A stretch of DNA of 63,537 nucleotides, the filler included, from Saprolegnia diclina VS20 (taxonomy: Eukaryota): assembly GCF_000281045.1 (NCBI RefSeq). It is 7 parts of 2 records of this genome, joined end to end, with 100 filler letters (N's around TTAATTAATTAA, not from the genome) between each part and the next. Parts side by side here need not be neighbours in the genome. Positions count along the whole stretch, not along the records: positions 40,025 to 57,698 come from NW_008246117.1; positions 57,799 to 61,114 come from NW_008246117.1; 5 more parts are not named here. One strand, written 5' to 3'. Under the pieces are notes generated by a model that saw only the letters and a program-made list of their open reading frames with translations, did no database searches and was not told where the DNA came from. Made by a program: the position numbers and the translations under genes. This document shows positions 47,207-59,643 of this stretch, piece by piece (positions within the stretch are counted from its first letter, which is position 1; the number at the start of each line of letters is the position of its first letter).

Positions 47207-50200
47207 ATGTTCAAAGCAAGGTAAGATGCGAATCCAGCGGCCAAGATCGCAGCAGGATGATGATGATGATGCTCCTGGCGGCCATGTAGCAAGTACCGCA
47301 ACCTCCTTGGGGCGACGGCCCCGCGCGCCGAGTGGTACGAGGAGCTGCAGCTGGACGCAGGCCGCCTCGACCTGTACCCGCTGACGGCGTCGACGTCGAC
47401 GCTCGCGTTCGCGTCCCAGTACAACGGTAGAGCCATCGTGAACCATGGCCTCTCATGGCCTCGCGTAGCCGGCGCGGTCATCGAGGTCAAGGAACTGGGC
47501 CATGTCGGCAAGGCCAACGCGCAGTCGGCGCCGGTACGGCCATCCGCGTCGTCCTTGCCCTGGCATCTCGTTGTAGGTGCGGCTCCTGCGCGGCCACACG
47601 CAACGCGTCAACGCTATCGCCTTCTCGCCCTTCCAGACGTCTCTCTTGGCCTCTGGCGGCGACGAAGGTCTCCTCAAGGTACTCGACGATGACGCTCGTC
47701 CGCTCATGCTTATCATGTAGCTCTGGCATCTCGCCGACGATACCTGCGCATGGACCAGCGAGAGCTTCAATGAGAAGATCCTCTCGGTAGCCTTTCACCC
47801 GTCGGCAAACGACGTTCTTCACGTCGCCACGTCGACGGGGCTGCACCTCGTGTACCTCGACACGTCGACATCGACGGCCATCGGCGTCCATCCCAATACC
47901 ATCACGGGGGCAACATGGAACGACGACGGGAGGTAGACATGCGTATATGCGCCTCGCCTTGCATTTCCTCACCATATGCGTAGTCTCGTGCTGTCCGTCT
48001 GCCAGGACAATGTCGTACGTGGCTGGGATCCTCGGACGGCGACCGAAGCGCTCTCTGCGCCGATGCATCAAGGCCGCAAGGCCGCCAGCATTGCGTTTGC
48101 CTATGACATGTACTGCGTCACGGCCGGGTTTAGCAAGCTCCAGGAACGTGAGCTTTTCCTGTGGGACTTGCGGTCGATGACGAGACCGATGGGGCGCGAG
48201 CGCGTCGACACGAGCACCGGTGTCTTGCTGCCGCTGGTGGACCCCGATACGAAGCTGCTCTTCCTCGGCGGCCGAGTACGCCGTTTCTATGACAATATGG
48301 ACCACACTACTTTGGCTAAACCAAGGGTTAGGGCGACCGCAGTGTCAAGGCGTACGAGATCCAGCAAAAGGCCCCGATCTTTGCGCCGCTGCAGACGACC
48401 GCGGTCGCCACCTCGACGTGGGGCCTCACGCGGCTGCCCAAGCAAGCGTGCGACACGCGTGAGTGCGAAGTCGCTCGGGTGCTCAGCGTCGGCGCCGGTA
48501 CGATCGAACCGATCTCGTACACAGTGCCACGCAAGGAAGCTGCCGCTGTGTTTCAGGTAGGGACCAAATGACATTTTTCTCCAAATTTCAAAAGCGAAAA
48601 CTAAACTGGAGAGACTAAAGACATAATGGTGTAGGCCGACCTGTACCCAAACACGCGCGGGGCAACACCAGCGCTCTTGGCACCGCAGTGGCGCGACGGC
48701 GCATCGGCACCGCCAGTCTTGGAGCCCGTGCGGCCGACATCGGCGTCACTCGTGTCGAGACCAACGACGGCGACGACGACGAATAGCGCTGTATCCGGCT
48801 GGAGCACGGGCAACTGGGTACCACCGGCTGCAGCCAGCTCCGCACCGGCACTGACAGCGTCGGTATCGACAGCTCCGTCGGGCTGGGACACGATGCCCAC
48901 GCGTCAACTTCAGCCAGGCACCTCGACGCGCACCGAGGAGCTGCCACGCGCGGTGGTGCCATCAGCACCTGCTGCGCTACCGCCGGCTACCGAGACGACA
49001 CCGGCAGTGACGACCAAGGTACCCGTTGCACCGACACCGACACCAGTCGCAGGGCCGACGCAGTGGGCACCGCCCGTGACGGCATCGGCGCCCGCACCAC
49101 CACCGGCTGCGTCGGCATGGAAGTCGGCGAGCGGGTGGGGCGCGGTGCCCGACACGGTGATTTTGTCAACGCCGGCGCCGCCACCGTCGACGACGACCGA
49201 GCTCTCGGAGAAAGCCAAGCGTCTCGGCGCACTCCAAGGCCACAAGGTAGTCACGCCACTTCGATACCGACCATTTTGGGAGTTTTGCTAGCTCAAGTAC
49301 TTGACGGGGCGTCCGGACGCGCGGTCCGAGTCGTTTTTGAATGTTGCTGGCGACGGCAACGCGCTTGCGACCAACGGGGTCGTGTGGGCAGCGTCGGCGC
49401 CCGGCACGGGCGGTCCCATCCACGTCCATCCCTTGGACCAAAAGGGCAAGGTATGGATGCCGTCATTTTCTTTTGTATATGGTTGCATCGTATGGATGTA
49501 GGTGACGGCGCCCCGCGTGCTGCAGCAGCACAAGGCGTCCGTGACCGACCTCGCGTTTGCTCCGTTCGCATCAAATGTCCTCGCGTCGGCGTCGGACGAT
49601 GTCACGATCAATGTACGTCGTCATATTGTCAAAAGATTTTAGCTATAGCTATGGTGCTATTCTATAGCTATGGGATACGACCAGCGATGCGTGCGTGGCG
49701 ACACTCTTGGGCCATACCAAGGGCGTGCGCTGCTTGAGCTTTCACCCGACAGCGGCAAATGTGCTGGCGTCCGGCGCACTCGACGCAACCGTCCGGCTCT
49801 GGGACGTGGAAACGGGTGTTACCCGCCAAATCATCGACAAATTTGACGAATCGCCCTTTAATGTGTCGTTCAATGCGGATGGGTCCCTCTTTGCGACGAT
49901 CACGCGCGACAAGGTGCGTGAAACCCGCGGTGCGTTTCCTCATGTCGTCGATCGTAGGTTCTCCGCGTCATCGACCCGCGGCTCAACCAAACCGTCGGCA
50001 TGGCCTGTGCCCATGCGGGTAGCAAGGCCCAGCGCGTGACGTGGTGCACGCAGCAAGCGTCGTCGCTGCTGTTTACGGTACCTTTTTGAGGACGACGGCG
50101 CGTCCTCGATGCGCGTCTAGGTCGGGTTTAGCGCGCGGAGTGAGCGCCAGATTTGTCTCTACGACGCACGCAACCTCTTGGATCCGGTTGTGACCACCAC

Positions 50201-51031
50201 CATGTACGACCAGAATCCAGATTCTAGATTCTAGATTCAGGTGTCGATTGAGACGTGTGTCTAGTGATACGTCGGGGAGTGCGCTGTTGCCGCTGTACGA
50301 TAGCAGCTCGAACGTCATGTACCTTGTCGGGCGTGGCGACCGCACGGTCTTGTGCTACGAGATAGACACGGTTCGAACCCGGGTATCGCCATCTTTTTCG
50401 TTGAATTTTGCGGTGTAGGTGCAACCCGCGCTCTTGCCGTGCTCGATCTACTCGTTCAACGGACCAACGATTTCAGCGGCGGCCTTCTTGCCCAAGCAGC
50501 ACTGCAACATCGAGGTTTCCTCATCGTTTTGTTTTGAAAACAGCGCAGTAGCATCGTCGTAGGACGTCGAAGTGTCTCGGATGCTCTTGCTGACGTCGGG
50601 CGCGACGATCGAACCTGCTGCGTTCGTCTTGCCCCGCGCCGAGAAGCTCAAGACGTATTTTCAAGACGACGTGTACGGCCCCGTGCCATCCAACGACGCC
50701 AGTGTCTCGGCCGCCGACTGGTTCCTCGGTGCTTCTGCGCCGCCCAACTACACGTCGTTGCAGCCGCCGGGTCCGTGCGCAAAGGACGCGTCCTTGTCCT
50801 GACAACCGCGTGCACGTAGGTATGCTCAAGCTCAGCGAGAAGCCGCCCGAGGCCGCCGTCGTACCCAAAGTGGTCAGCTTCCAGGCACAGAAAGAGCGCG
50901 AGCTGCAGGAGAAGAGAGACCGGGACGCTCGATTCGAACGCCTCCACTCGCTCGCGTACCAGCCGTCGCTGCATGCAAACGCGACGCAGACGGCGACCGA
51001 CGTCGACAGCGACGACGGCTGGGACGACTAG
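47207..51031 (+). CDS. CORO7: Tandem (type III, coronin-7-like) coronin, multi-exon
   Basis: MFKASKYRN start; two coronin propellers (VDTSTGVLLPLVDPDTKLLFLGGRGD, FQADLYP; KLKYLTG, LPLYDSSSNVMYLVGRGD, FQDDVY) joined by a Pro/Thr/Ala linker; acidic SDDGWDD* tail. Confidence 0.88.
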
Positions 51032-51121
51032 ACTTCTGGTTTCTGATCTCGATTCTGGTTCTTCGAGTCGATTCAGAGATTATGACAGAGATGGTATCCT
51101 ATATAGATTTTTCGGATGCAA

Positions 51122-52803
51122 CTAGAGCGATCGCAGCAAGGCCGGCGGACGGTACGGTCGTCGGAGGTCGTTGAGCATCTCGGGCGTGTCCCGATGGCCG
51201 TCCTACGTCAGGGTCGACGGTTGTAGGACCGACCAGCGTGGGTACCTGGTCTCGACGCGGCGTGGGCTCCAAAAGGACTTGGGTCGCTTGCTCGAGGTAA
51301 AAGCTGCTGTCGACGGAGGCGACGTCACCCTCGTGGTCGAGCAGCGGCGTCTACAAGCTGCGATCAACACGCCCCAGTTGAGGAACTGACGAAAATGTGT
51401 ACTTTGGAGAGAAGAGGTTTTTGAGGTTCGTGCTGGGCAAGGTAATAGACACCGACGAGAATACCTACAGAAGACAATATTGTACAATATACAATAGACA
51501 ATATTGTGTACAAGCAAACGCAAGTAAAAACGAAATGCTCTGGAAAAACTCGAGCCGCGACAAATCGTTATAAAACACCATGCCGCCGACGACACCAAAC
51601 TATCATCAATTCGCAAAATTGAGGAATTGCAATGTCAAAATGTGAGAAAAATGGTACCGCGATCCAAAACACTTGAAAGATGGGAAAGACGACGGCAATG
51701 TCGCCGCGCATGAGCGCTTGGTTGAACCAGTGGATCTGGAGGAGGACAGTCCCGAGCATGCCGCCAAAGAAGCAAAAGGTCGTCGGGTGCGTAAACTGGG
51801 ACGGGCCGTCGAGACTCGTCTTGACCATCTCGGACGCGCACTAATAACATGCATATCGTTTATATAGTCCTTGGCAGAATAGACATCAAAGAATATGGTT
51901 AGAATACCTTGCCCAGCAGCATCGAAATCGAGCCCATGATCCCCGAGACCTATCCAGAATCCATATTTGGATACATGTTGGATCGATCCAATGGAGCCTA
52001 CCGTCGCGTACAGCGTCGGCTCAATATTGGAACACGTCTCGTCACTGCAGCGAAGAAAGCGACGAAGGCGGCTTTGACTCCGGCCGGTCCATAGCACCCG
52101 GTTCTATCGGGATCGATCCTTCTGCCACCTGCGAGCGTCGGAGCGTACCTGGGTCGTCGAGACAGTCGACCCTTCCGACTCGATGAGGACGAGGAGGTAG
52201 CCGATGAGACCGCCGAGGGCCACCAAATAGGCGACCACGACCGGCGATTCGAACCGGCGCACGAGCTACGACATGTATGGGTGAGACGATGCAGCAGAAG
52301 AGGCCAAATGCTCTACTTGGTCAACGTTGTACTGCTCGTCTTGCGGTGATGAGATCGCGATGAGCACAACGCCGAGGAGGATGCAGATCGTGCCGTACGC
52401 GTCGCGGACCGTCAAGCTCTCGCCATGCCAGTAGGTTGAGAAGAGGACGTTGGTGACGACGGTCGTGCCGCCGCCGACGGTCGCGACCAGCGACTGCGTG
52501 GCAAAGCTACATAGCAAATATATAGCGATGATGCACGAGATAAGCGTACCTCAGTGCCTCAAAGTCACCAACCGAGCCGAGCACGACAAGCGCGAGGCCA
52601 AGCACCCATTGCCGCTGGCCAAAGTACGCGCCAGTGTCGTCCGAGGAGGCGTGCGCGAGCTTTTGCAGCTGGACGCCGCAGTTGGAGATGACGGCCGCAG
52701 CGATCGTGATGCCGAGACCGACGAGGTTCGCCGCGTCAAAGAGCGTCGTGTCGAGCGGAAGGCCCACGTCGTCGCGCATCGGGGCGAGACCCGGCGTCGC
52801 CAT
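51122..52803 (-). CDS. NIPA-family (DMT) magnesium transporter, multi-exon
   Basis: GLGITIAAAVISNCGVQLQK, WVLGLALVVLGSVGDFEALSFATQSLVA, QIHWFNQALMRGDIAVVFPIFQVFW. Confidence 0.85.
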
Positions 52804-53612
52804 CCACCGTGAAAACGATCTTTCGGTCGAAAGGGCGCAAATAACGGCCAAATCCTGGCCTTTCTGCGCGAACGATAGCGTCCTCCCGCCGAGCGCGCAA
52901 CAACCCGTTCGACAGGAGCAATGCAGGAGGAGAATCCAAGCGAGGTCATGGTCGAGCCCGTGGGACTGCGCGTGCATGTATGTAGGTGGGTGCTGAAGCG
53001 GTGCTCGCCTGTCTGTAGCAGTCGCACGATACTACATTCGGTCGCTGATAACAACAAGTACAACACGAAATAGCGATGCTCGAAGGGTCCGTCGTGCCCT
53101 GTTCGAGACGGTGTGGCCCGAGGTCGCAGCTGTGGCGCCATGGGCCCAGTCAATACAACACGCTGCTGGCGAGCTACACAAGCGGTATGTGGTCGGCGTG
53201 CGGTGGGCCTTCTGCGTGCAACCTGTTCAACGCATGGACGCCCATGTTGGAGGACCATCGCCATTGCACCGTCGCGTAGTAGCGCTGCATCGATCGATGG
53301 CTGTGGAGAGAAACTGGTGTGCCAACGTAGTTTGGGCCTCGCACGCCGGGCAAATCGCAGTGGCGTCATCGCGCGAGCTGCTGCTTGGCCTGCACGAGTC
53401 AGCGCCGACACGCCATGGGCCTACACGTCGTCATCCGATGCGTGGGTGGCACGAGGTCGCGCTGGCGGCCACCACCTCCGACCAGGTGGCACGGCCGATT
53501 CAAACTCCGCGCCGGATAATGTCCGGATACGCCTGAACCGGCAATTCAAACTTTGAATTTCAAGGCCATCGGCAAGCGCGGCAGGAGGTCCACGAAGACG
53601 CGGGCCGGCTGC

Positions 53613-56600
53613 ATGGAGACGTCGCGCGAGGTAGACGACAGACGACGAAGGACCATCATGAGCACAGAGAGGACGAAGGACGATGATGCGGATGGGCGAG
53701 ATGGCCATGCGCCCAAGCGCCAGCGGCTCGGCGACGCCACGACGGCGACGCTGGCGACGATGCGCAGCAAGAAGCGGTACTCGATCGCGAATGAGTTTGA
53801 GCGCGAGATCAGCGCGGCCAGCGGTGGCGCCTTTGCCTTGTCCACGTCACCACGCCAGAGCCCTTCCAAGGTGACGCGGCGCGAGACCATTTCGCCGACC
53901 GCGCAGCAGGAGCTTCGCCTGCCAGGGCGGCGCGAGACGCTGTCGCCACGCGGCTTTCTTGCCCTCGAGTCCATGATGCGCGCGCCCAACGAAGTCGACG
54001 AGGCTGACATGCTCACGGGGATGCACGACAATTTGCCACCCCATGTGATCCGCGAGTTCAGTCCCGAGAAGCCCAACGACGACGAGACCGAAGAACACAA
54101 GGTCGACGAAACCCACGAGTACATGGCCCCAAGCGACCGTCGTAGCACGCTGGACCCGACAGAGGTCGCCGCCATGCTGCCACCGCGAAGCAAGACGGTG
54201 GACAACCGCCATGCGACTCTCTCTATCGACACGCGCCGAGACACGCTCGACCCGAGCCAAGTTGCCGCCATGCTGCCACCGCGAAGCACTCGCCACGCGA
54301 CCTCGGGCGCCATTGACCACAGCGACCGCCGGGACACGCTCGACCCGACGCAAGTGGCCGCCATGCTGCCGCCGCGACACGGTCCTCGGCGCGAGACCAT
54401 GGACGCTCGCGAGATGCTGCACATTGTCGAGTCGTCTCCAGCCGACAGGCGGGCGACCTTGGACCCAATCGAGAGCATGCGCTTGTTGCGCGTCGATTCG
54501 CCCGCGCCGTCGGCAAGCAGCGCCAGCCGGCGCGAGACGCTCGAACCCGGTGCCATGTCGCTGCTCGAGGCCTCGCCCATCGCCGCCAACGCCAATGACC
54601 GCCGGGCGACGCTGGACCCGGCCGAGTACTCGGGGCTCTTGCAGCTTGGCAGCGACGACGACGACGACGATGCGGGTGGTCTCCAGGAAATGTCGCTGCA
54701 CATGGAGTACTCGATCGCCGAGTCGGAAGCGCCGAGTATGGAGATTGAGGACGACGACGATGTCAACATGCTCGACGATGCCAGTCGTACGGACGACGCA
54801 GGTACGATCGATCGCACTTCTGCACGGCGCTGTAGCGAACATTGGTTCACGCTAGCACCCCACCGTCGACCGACGCCCGTGACTCAAGACGATGACGAGG
54901 ACATGGTGGCAGCACCAGCATTTGCATCCCCGCCCATGAAGCGGACGCTGGCCGTACACTAATACTGGGTTTTTGCGACATCTCACTACGTTTGGCCGTG
55001 TAGACACCGCTCAAGAGCTGTCTCAGCGCGCGAAAGCCCAAGCCGCCGACTAACAACGCAACGACACCGACCAAGACGCTCACGTTTGGCCCGCCGACGG
55101 GCGCCGAGTTTCGAGCGTCGGACCCGTCGACGGCCATGACGCCCATGTGCGAGCGCACGGCCAAAGCCATGTTCCCGCTCGAGAAGGACGAAGACGCAGA
55201 AGACGAAGAGACGTCGGTCAACAGCAGCATCCTCGACGAAGCCGACCTCTTGGCCGACGACGACCACGCGAGCGCGTATGCATTTGGCCCGATGCAGAGC
55301 CCGCGCCGGGGCAGTCCGCGCCGCAAGCTCCCACACCCCGTCGTCGGCGTGAGTCCGCTCGACAACCTGACCGAGGCGCGTCGGAAGCGCCGGGCGTCGT
55401 TCAGCGCCAAGGACATGCCGGCGCCGTCGCGCCGCCAGTCGCTTCTCGGTGTCAACGTCATGGCCGACGACTCGAACGCGTTCATCGCGGGAAGTGCGAA
55501 GAAGCCGATTCACCGCACCAAAGCCCGCGGTATGTAGCCCTCGAGACGACATGTCTCATAGTTGGTGCCATGGATGTAGGCGCGACGCCGCCCAAGTCGA
55601 CGCCCTTTGTCGACTCGTCGTCCGAAGACGAAGACATTGATGTCACGGGTGAATACTTTACGATGCCGCCGGCGCTTGTCGTCGCACCGACGACTAACGG
55701 CCTCGACGACTTGCTGGCCGACAACTCGCTCTCGATGCCACTGACCGCCTCGTCGTCGACCGAGGGTGCACTCGACGACGATGTGTCGATGGCGTTCTTG
55801 AATGTGGCGCCGGCGATGACGGACGACGGCCAAGACCCGACGCTGGACCTCGGACCCGTCGGGCCACTTGCGAGCGACCCGTCGTTGTTTTCGCAAGAGT
55901 CGTCGTTTGTTCCGTCGTCGATGGAGACATTGGCACCGATTCTGGAGGAGTCGGATCTGAGCCGCATGGACATGAGCTCGGACGACGACGATGACGACGA
56001 AGACGAAGATGAGAATGCCGAGTACCAGCGCCGGCGCCAGTCGGTGGTCGTCAACCTCAGCGGGCGCTTTGAGAAGCTCGGGTCGTCGGGCAAGAAGAAG
56101 AAGACGACGAGCAAGCACGCGCTCTTGCCGCTCGAGGACCTGCCCCGTCCCGCCGCGCTCGACTTGAGCGACGATTCACTCAACAGCAGCCTCGACGACG
56201 TCGACATGCAGGATGATGACAATCTTGCCGTGGTCGATACGGACAGCGTCGTGCCGGTCGACGTTCCACCCGTGACACTCGAGGCGCTCTTTGCCAAGCT
56301 CGATGTCGCCCGCATCCATACCTCAGTCGATGCGATCATGGCCGGCGGCCCCGTCACGGCGCTGCAGCACGTGTCGCCGTACGAAGTCGACGTGCGAACA
56401 TCGCTTGCATCGGCGCAAGACGAGCTCACGTCCTTTATTGACGAGCTGGCCACCGTCATGGAGACCGCGTCCGGCATGCATGTACCGACGCACCTCGCGG
56501 CCTTGTACCATAATGGGCCGCTGCCGTCAAGCCTCGCCACCTTTTATGAGCTCAAGGCGTACCTTGTGCTTGGCGGGTGGCTCGAGTGGCGCACGAAGCT

Positions 56601-57623
56601 CGAGCAGGCGCGCACGACGTGTCTTCGCCCGCTGCTGCAGTCGGCGAGCAGCGACAAGGCAACGTTGGACGCGGCCACCGCGACCCTTGGCCTCAAGGAA
56701 GACCAAGAAGGGCACATTGTCGACGGGCTGCTTGCGAATGAAAAGGCTACGCGGGCCGAGCTCGAGACGATTGAAGAGCAACTCGTGATCCGCGCCGAGC
56801 TCACGGGACGGCTGCATGCGCTGAGCCGGCAAGTCGACAGTCTCCACAAGACGCTGTCGACGCACGCGGCGCAGACGGCGACGCTCGAGGCGCGTCACGC
56901 CAACGCGTCGATGGATGTGTCGGAAGCGACCCTCGCCACGCAGCTGGATGCGACCAAAGCCGCACAAGAGACGTACCAGCTTGCGTCCGGCGTGTTGAAA
57001 TGGCGGTGTCTCTCCGTCTCGGCGGTTGCGGTGGCCTTGGCGCTGCAGTGCAAGGTCTGGAACGCGACCGTGCATGTCGCCTTGGACGTCGATCTGAGCG
57101 CGGCCGTGCCGACGGCTTCGTTTGCAGTTCACTCGTCGCCAAGCGTCGAGGTGCTTGGGACCGACCTCCAGCGTGTGCTCTTTGACACAACAGCACTGGA
57201 GAAGGCGGCAAAGTTGACGCTGCGGTCGCACGACGATGTGCCAACGCTGCTGCAGACGGCCGAAGTGACGCTGCTTCGCGCGGCCCGCGTGCACAAGGAA
57301 GTTCTCTTTCTCGAGACGGACCATACCGTGTCGGTGAATGACAAGACGCTGCAGGTGCGGTTTACGTCACAGCGCCGGAAAATCCGGTTTGGCGTCACTT
57401 GGCGGCTCTCGCCCAACGTGTTGTTTGAGCCGCTGACGTTTGCGCTGACGGACGTGACGGGTCTGACAAAGGTATGACGGACGACCTTGTCGTTGGTGCT
57501 CATAACGGTATGCATTAGGCCCAAGAGCGAGCGATTTTAGACCGACTCGAGACGGTCCCACGAGGCTTTCGACGCCTACGACAGCTGTGCCAGTGCGTCG
57601 AGCGGTACTTGGACGACTTGTAG
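53613..57623 (+). CDS. KNL1: KNL1/Spc7/Spc105-like kinetochore scaffold, about 4 introns
   Basis: Long acidic disordered repeat region, KSCL...KTLTF (SILK/RVxF-like), Spc7-like FYELKAYLVLGGWLEWRTKL, coiled coil, then an RWD-like tail ending GFRRLRQLCQCVERYLDDL*. Confidence 0.72.
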
Positions 57624-57798
57624 CAAGTAGTAGTAGGAAGTAGTAGAAAAGATTAAAGATTTTTGAGCTTGGGATCACCGTCGTCGATCGTCGAGTGTNN
57701 NNNNNNNNNNNNNNNNNNNNNNNNNNNNNNNNNNNNNNNNNNTTAATTAATTAANNNNNNNNNNNNNNNNNNNNNNNNNNNNNNNNNNNNNNNNNNNN

Positions 57799-59036
57799 GC
57801 GAGGAAGCCCATAAAGGCCGCAAAGATGCTCAGCGAGACGGTGGCAATGACCCAGATTTTGAGTCCCGAGTCGGTGCCATAGTAGATGCGCGCCACGTCA
57901 ATGTACAAGATGGACGGCATCGAGTTGAGCGTGATGCAGAGCATAAGCAGCTTGCGACGTTCGAGACCTGAGAGCACGTCGTACGTCAAGACGGGCTTGT
58001 TGCGCAGGACACCGTTGAGTCCTTCGACTGTCATGTAGACGTCGCCCGCAAACAAGTAGATGCTCAGGGCCGAAAAGAGAAGCTGCAGTGCGAGTAGTTC
58101 GTCGCCGTTCATGACTGTATGACCGACAAACCAACCCGTTAAGATCGGTAGCTTGGAGTCGCGGCCCGTGCACCAGCCCTTGAGTGTGCCAAGGTACGGA
58201 GTCATGTTGAGGATCTGACCATTGTTGTACGAGACGATTGCGTACCGGGGCCCGAGCGGGTGGGACGTAATGATCGAGTTCATGCCAATGTCATCCGCGT
58301 AGACGCTGCCGTTGGGCGTGATGATTGTGTGGGAAAGCCCAGCTACGATCGGCGTCACCACGCCGTCCGAGCCCACGTACGAGTACGATGTGTTCATGCG
58401 GACGTCCGAGAACGCCGTGAGGAGGTAGACGCCGAGCGGGAACCCGGGGCGGGCTGCGGTCTCGAGCATCGCGACGCCCGCAACCAGTTGCGATCCGTTG
58501 GTGGGATTGCATGCGGGAAAGTAGTCGTAGCCGACGACGACCTGGAAGGACGCCCAGCCGATCGCTGGCGTCGCGCCCATCCAGCAGGTTGACACAGAAT
58601 ACGTTGCTTGTGGTGGCACATCGAGCGCTGCCGCGAGGGCGACACCAAAGCCGTCCCACGCTTCGATCGTGCCCGTGATGTTGGTTTCGTCCACGGCGCA
58701 CGAGTGGGGCACAAACCCGCCGGAGCGCAAGAGACAGTTGGCGCCAAAGTCGTTCCAGTATATGCTCTCGTCTTGGGCGTGGTATTGGACCACTTCACGG
58801 TGAAAGGTGCCTTGGCCAATGACGATGCCGAGCATGAGCAGAGAGAGGCAAATGAGGAGCGCTGCCATGAGATTAGACAGAATGCGGTACCACATGCGGT
58901 ATCGCGCCGTCTTGTCCTTGGTTTCGCCGTGGTGCGTCGCCGGCTTGCTCGCGTCTGTGTGCGCCGTGCTCGCATCGCCGCTCGTCGTCAAGTAGCGGCG
59001 CGTGAGGTAGCTCGAGACGATGCCGCGGAGCCACAT
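57799..59036 (-). CDS. Multi-pass membrane protein of unknown function (3' end lost in gap)
   Basis: N-terminal TM, Cys-containing luminal domain, further TMs, LTYDVLSGLERRKLL; intronless high-GC3 frame. Confidence 0.8.
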
Positions 59037-59643
59037 AGCTGTCTTCGACTTTGTCAAGTGCCTCGTGCTGGCGCCAAAATTAGCGGCGAAGATGCGACAG
59101 CCTTCATACAAAATGCCGTCAATGAGACGAGGTCCGCCGATCCGACGAATGGATATATTGGCAGTGAGCTCCTTCGGATATGGTAATGTGCCTGGGGGCG
59201 TCCCTAGATGCGCGAGCTCGTCATGTCGGGTCGTCACGTGAAACAGACGCCCAAGAGCCCAGTGTCCTACCGGTATTGCATGCCATGCTTTGGTACCGAT
59301 CCGGATCCGGATAAAGATTGGCGATCTTGATTGTGTGCGTGGAAATGCGTGAAAGTCTCGAAATCGCACAGTCAGCTATTCCTAGTGAGCAAGGCGACCA
59401 TTGGGAATAGCTTCTCCTCGTCATCAACTTGCTAATTCAATTTTGAATTTGCCGAAGAGCAGCACAATCCTTCGCACATCACCATCTTCCAAGGGCCATA
59501 CCATACCTTTGCCAAAATAGATACGATCAAAGTGGTTTTCTATGACAACCACTCTACTCTAATCTTGGTGGCCAATCGAGGCGATTCAAGCTTAATATAC
59601 CTTTTTTATCGTACCATTTCCAAATCAGCCGAGCATCGCAAGC

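Noticed and set aside
53546..56540. Long antisense ORFs over the KNL1-like gene (also over annexin, CFAP45 and ankyrin genes)
   Set aside because: Shadow ORFs expected from high-GC3 codon usage; no independent motifs.
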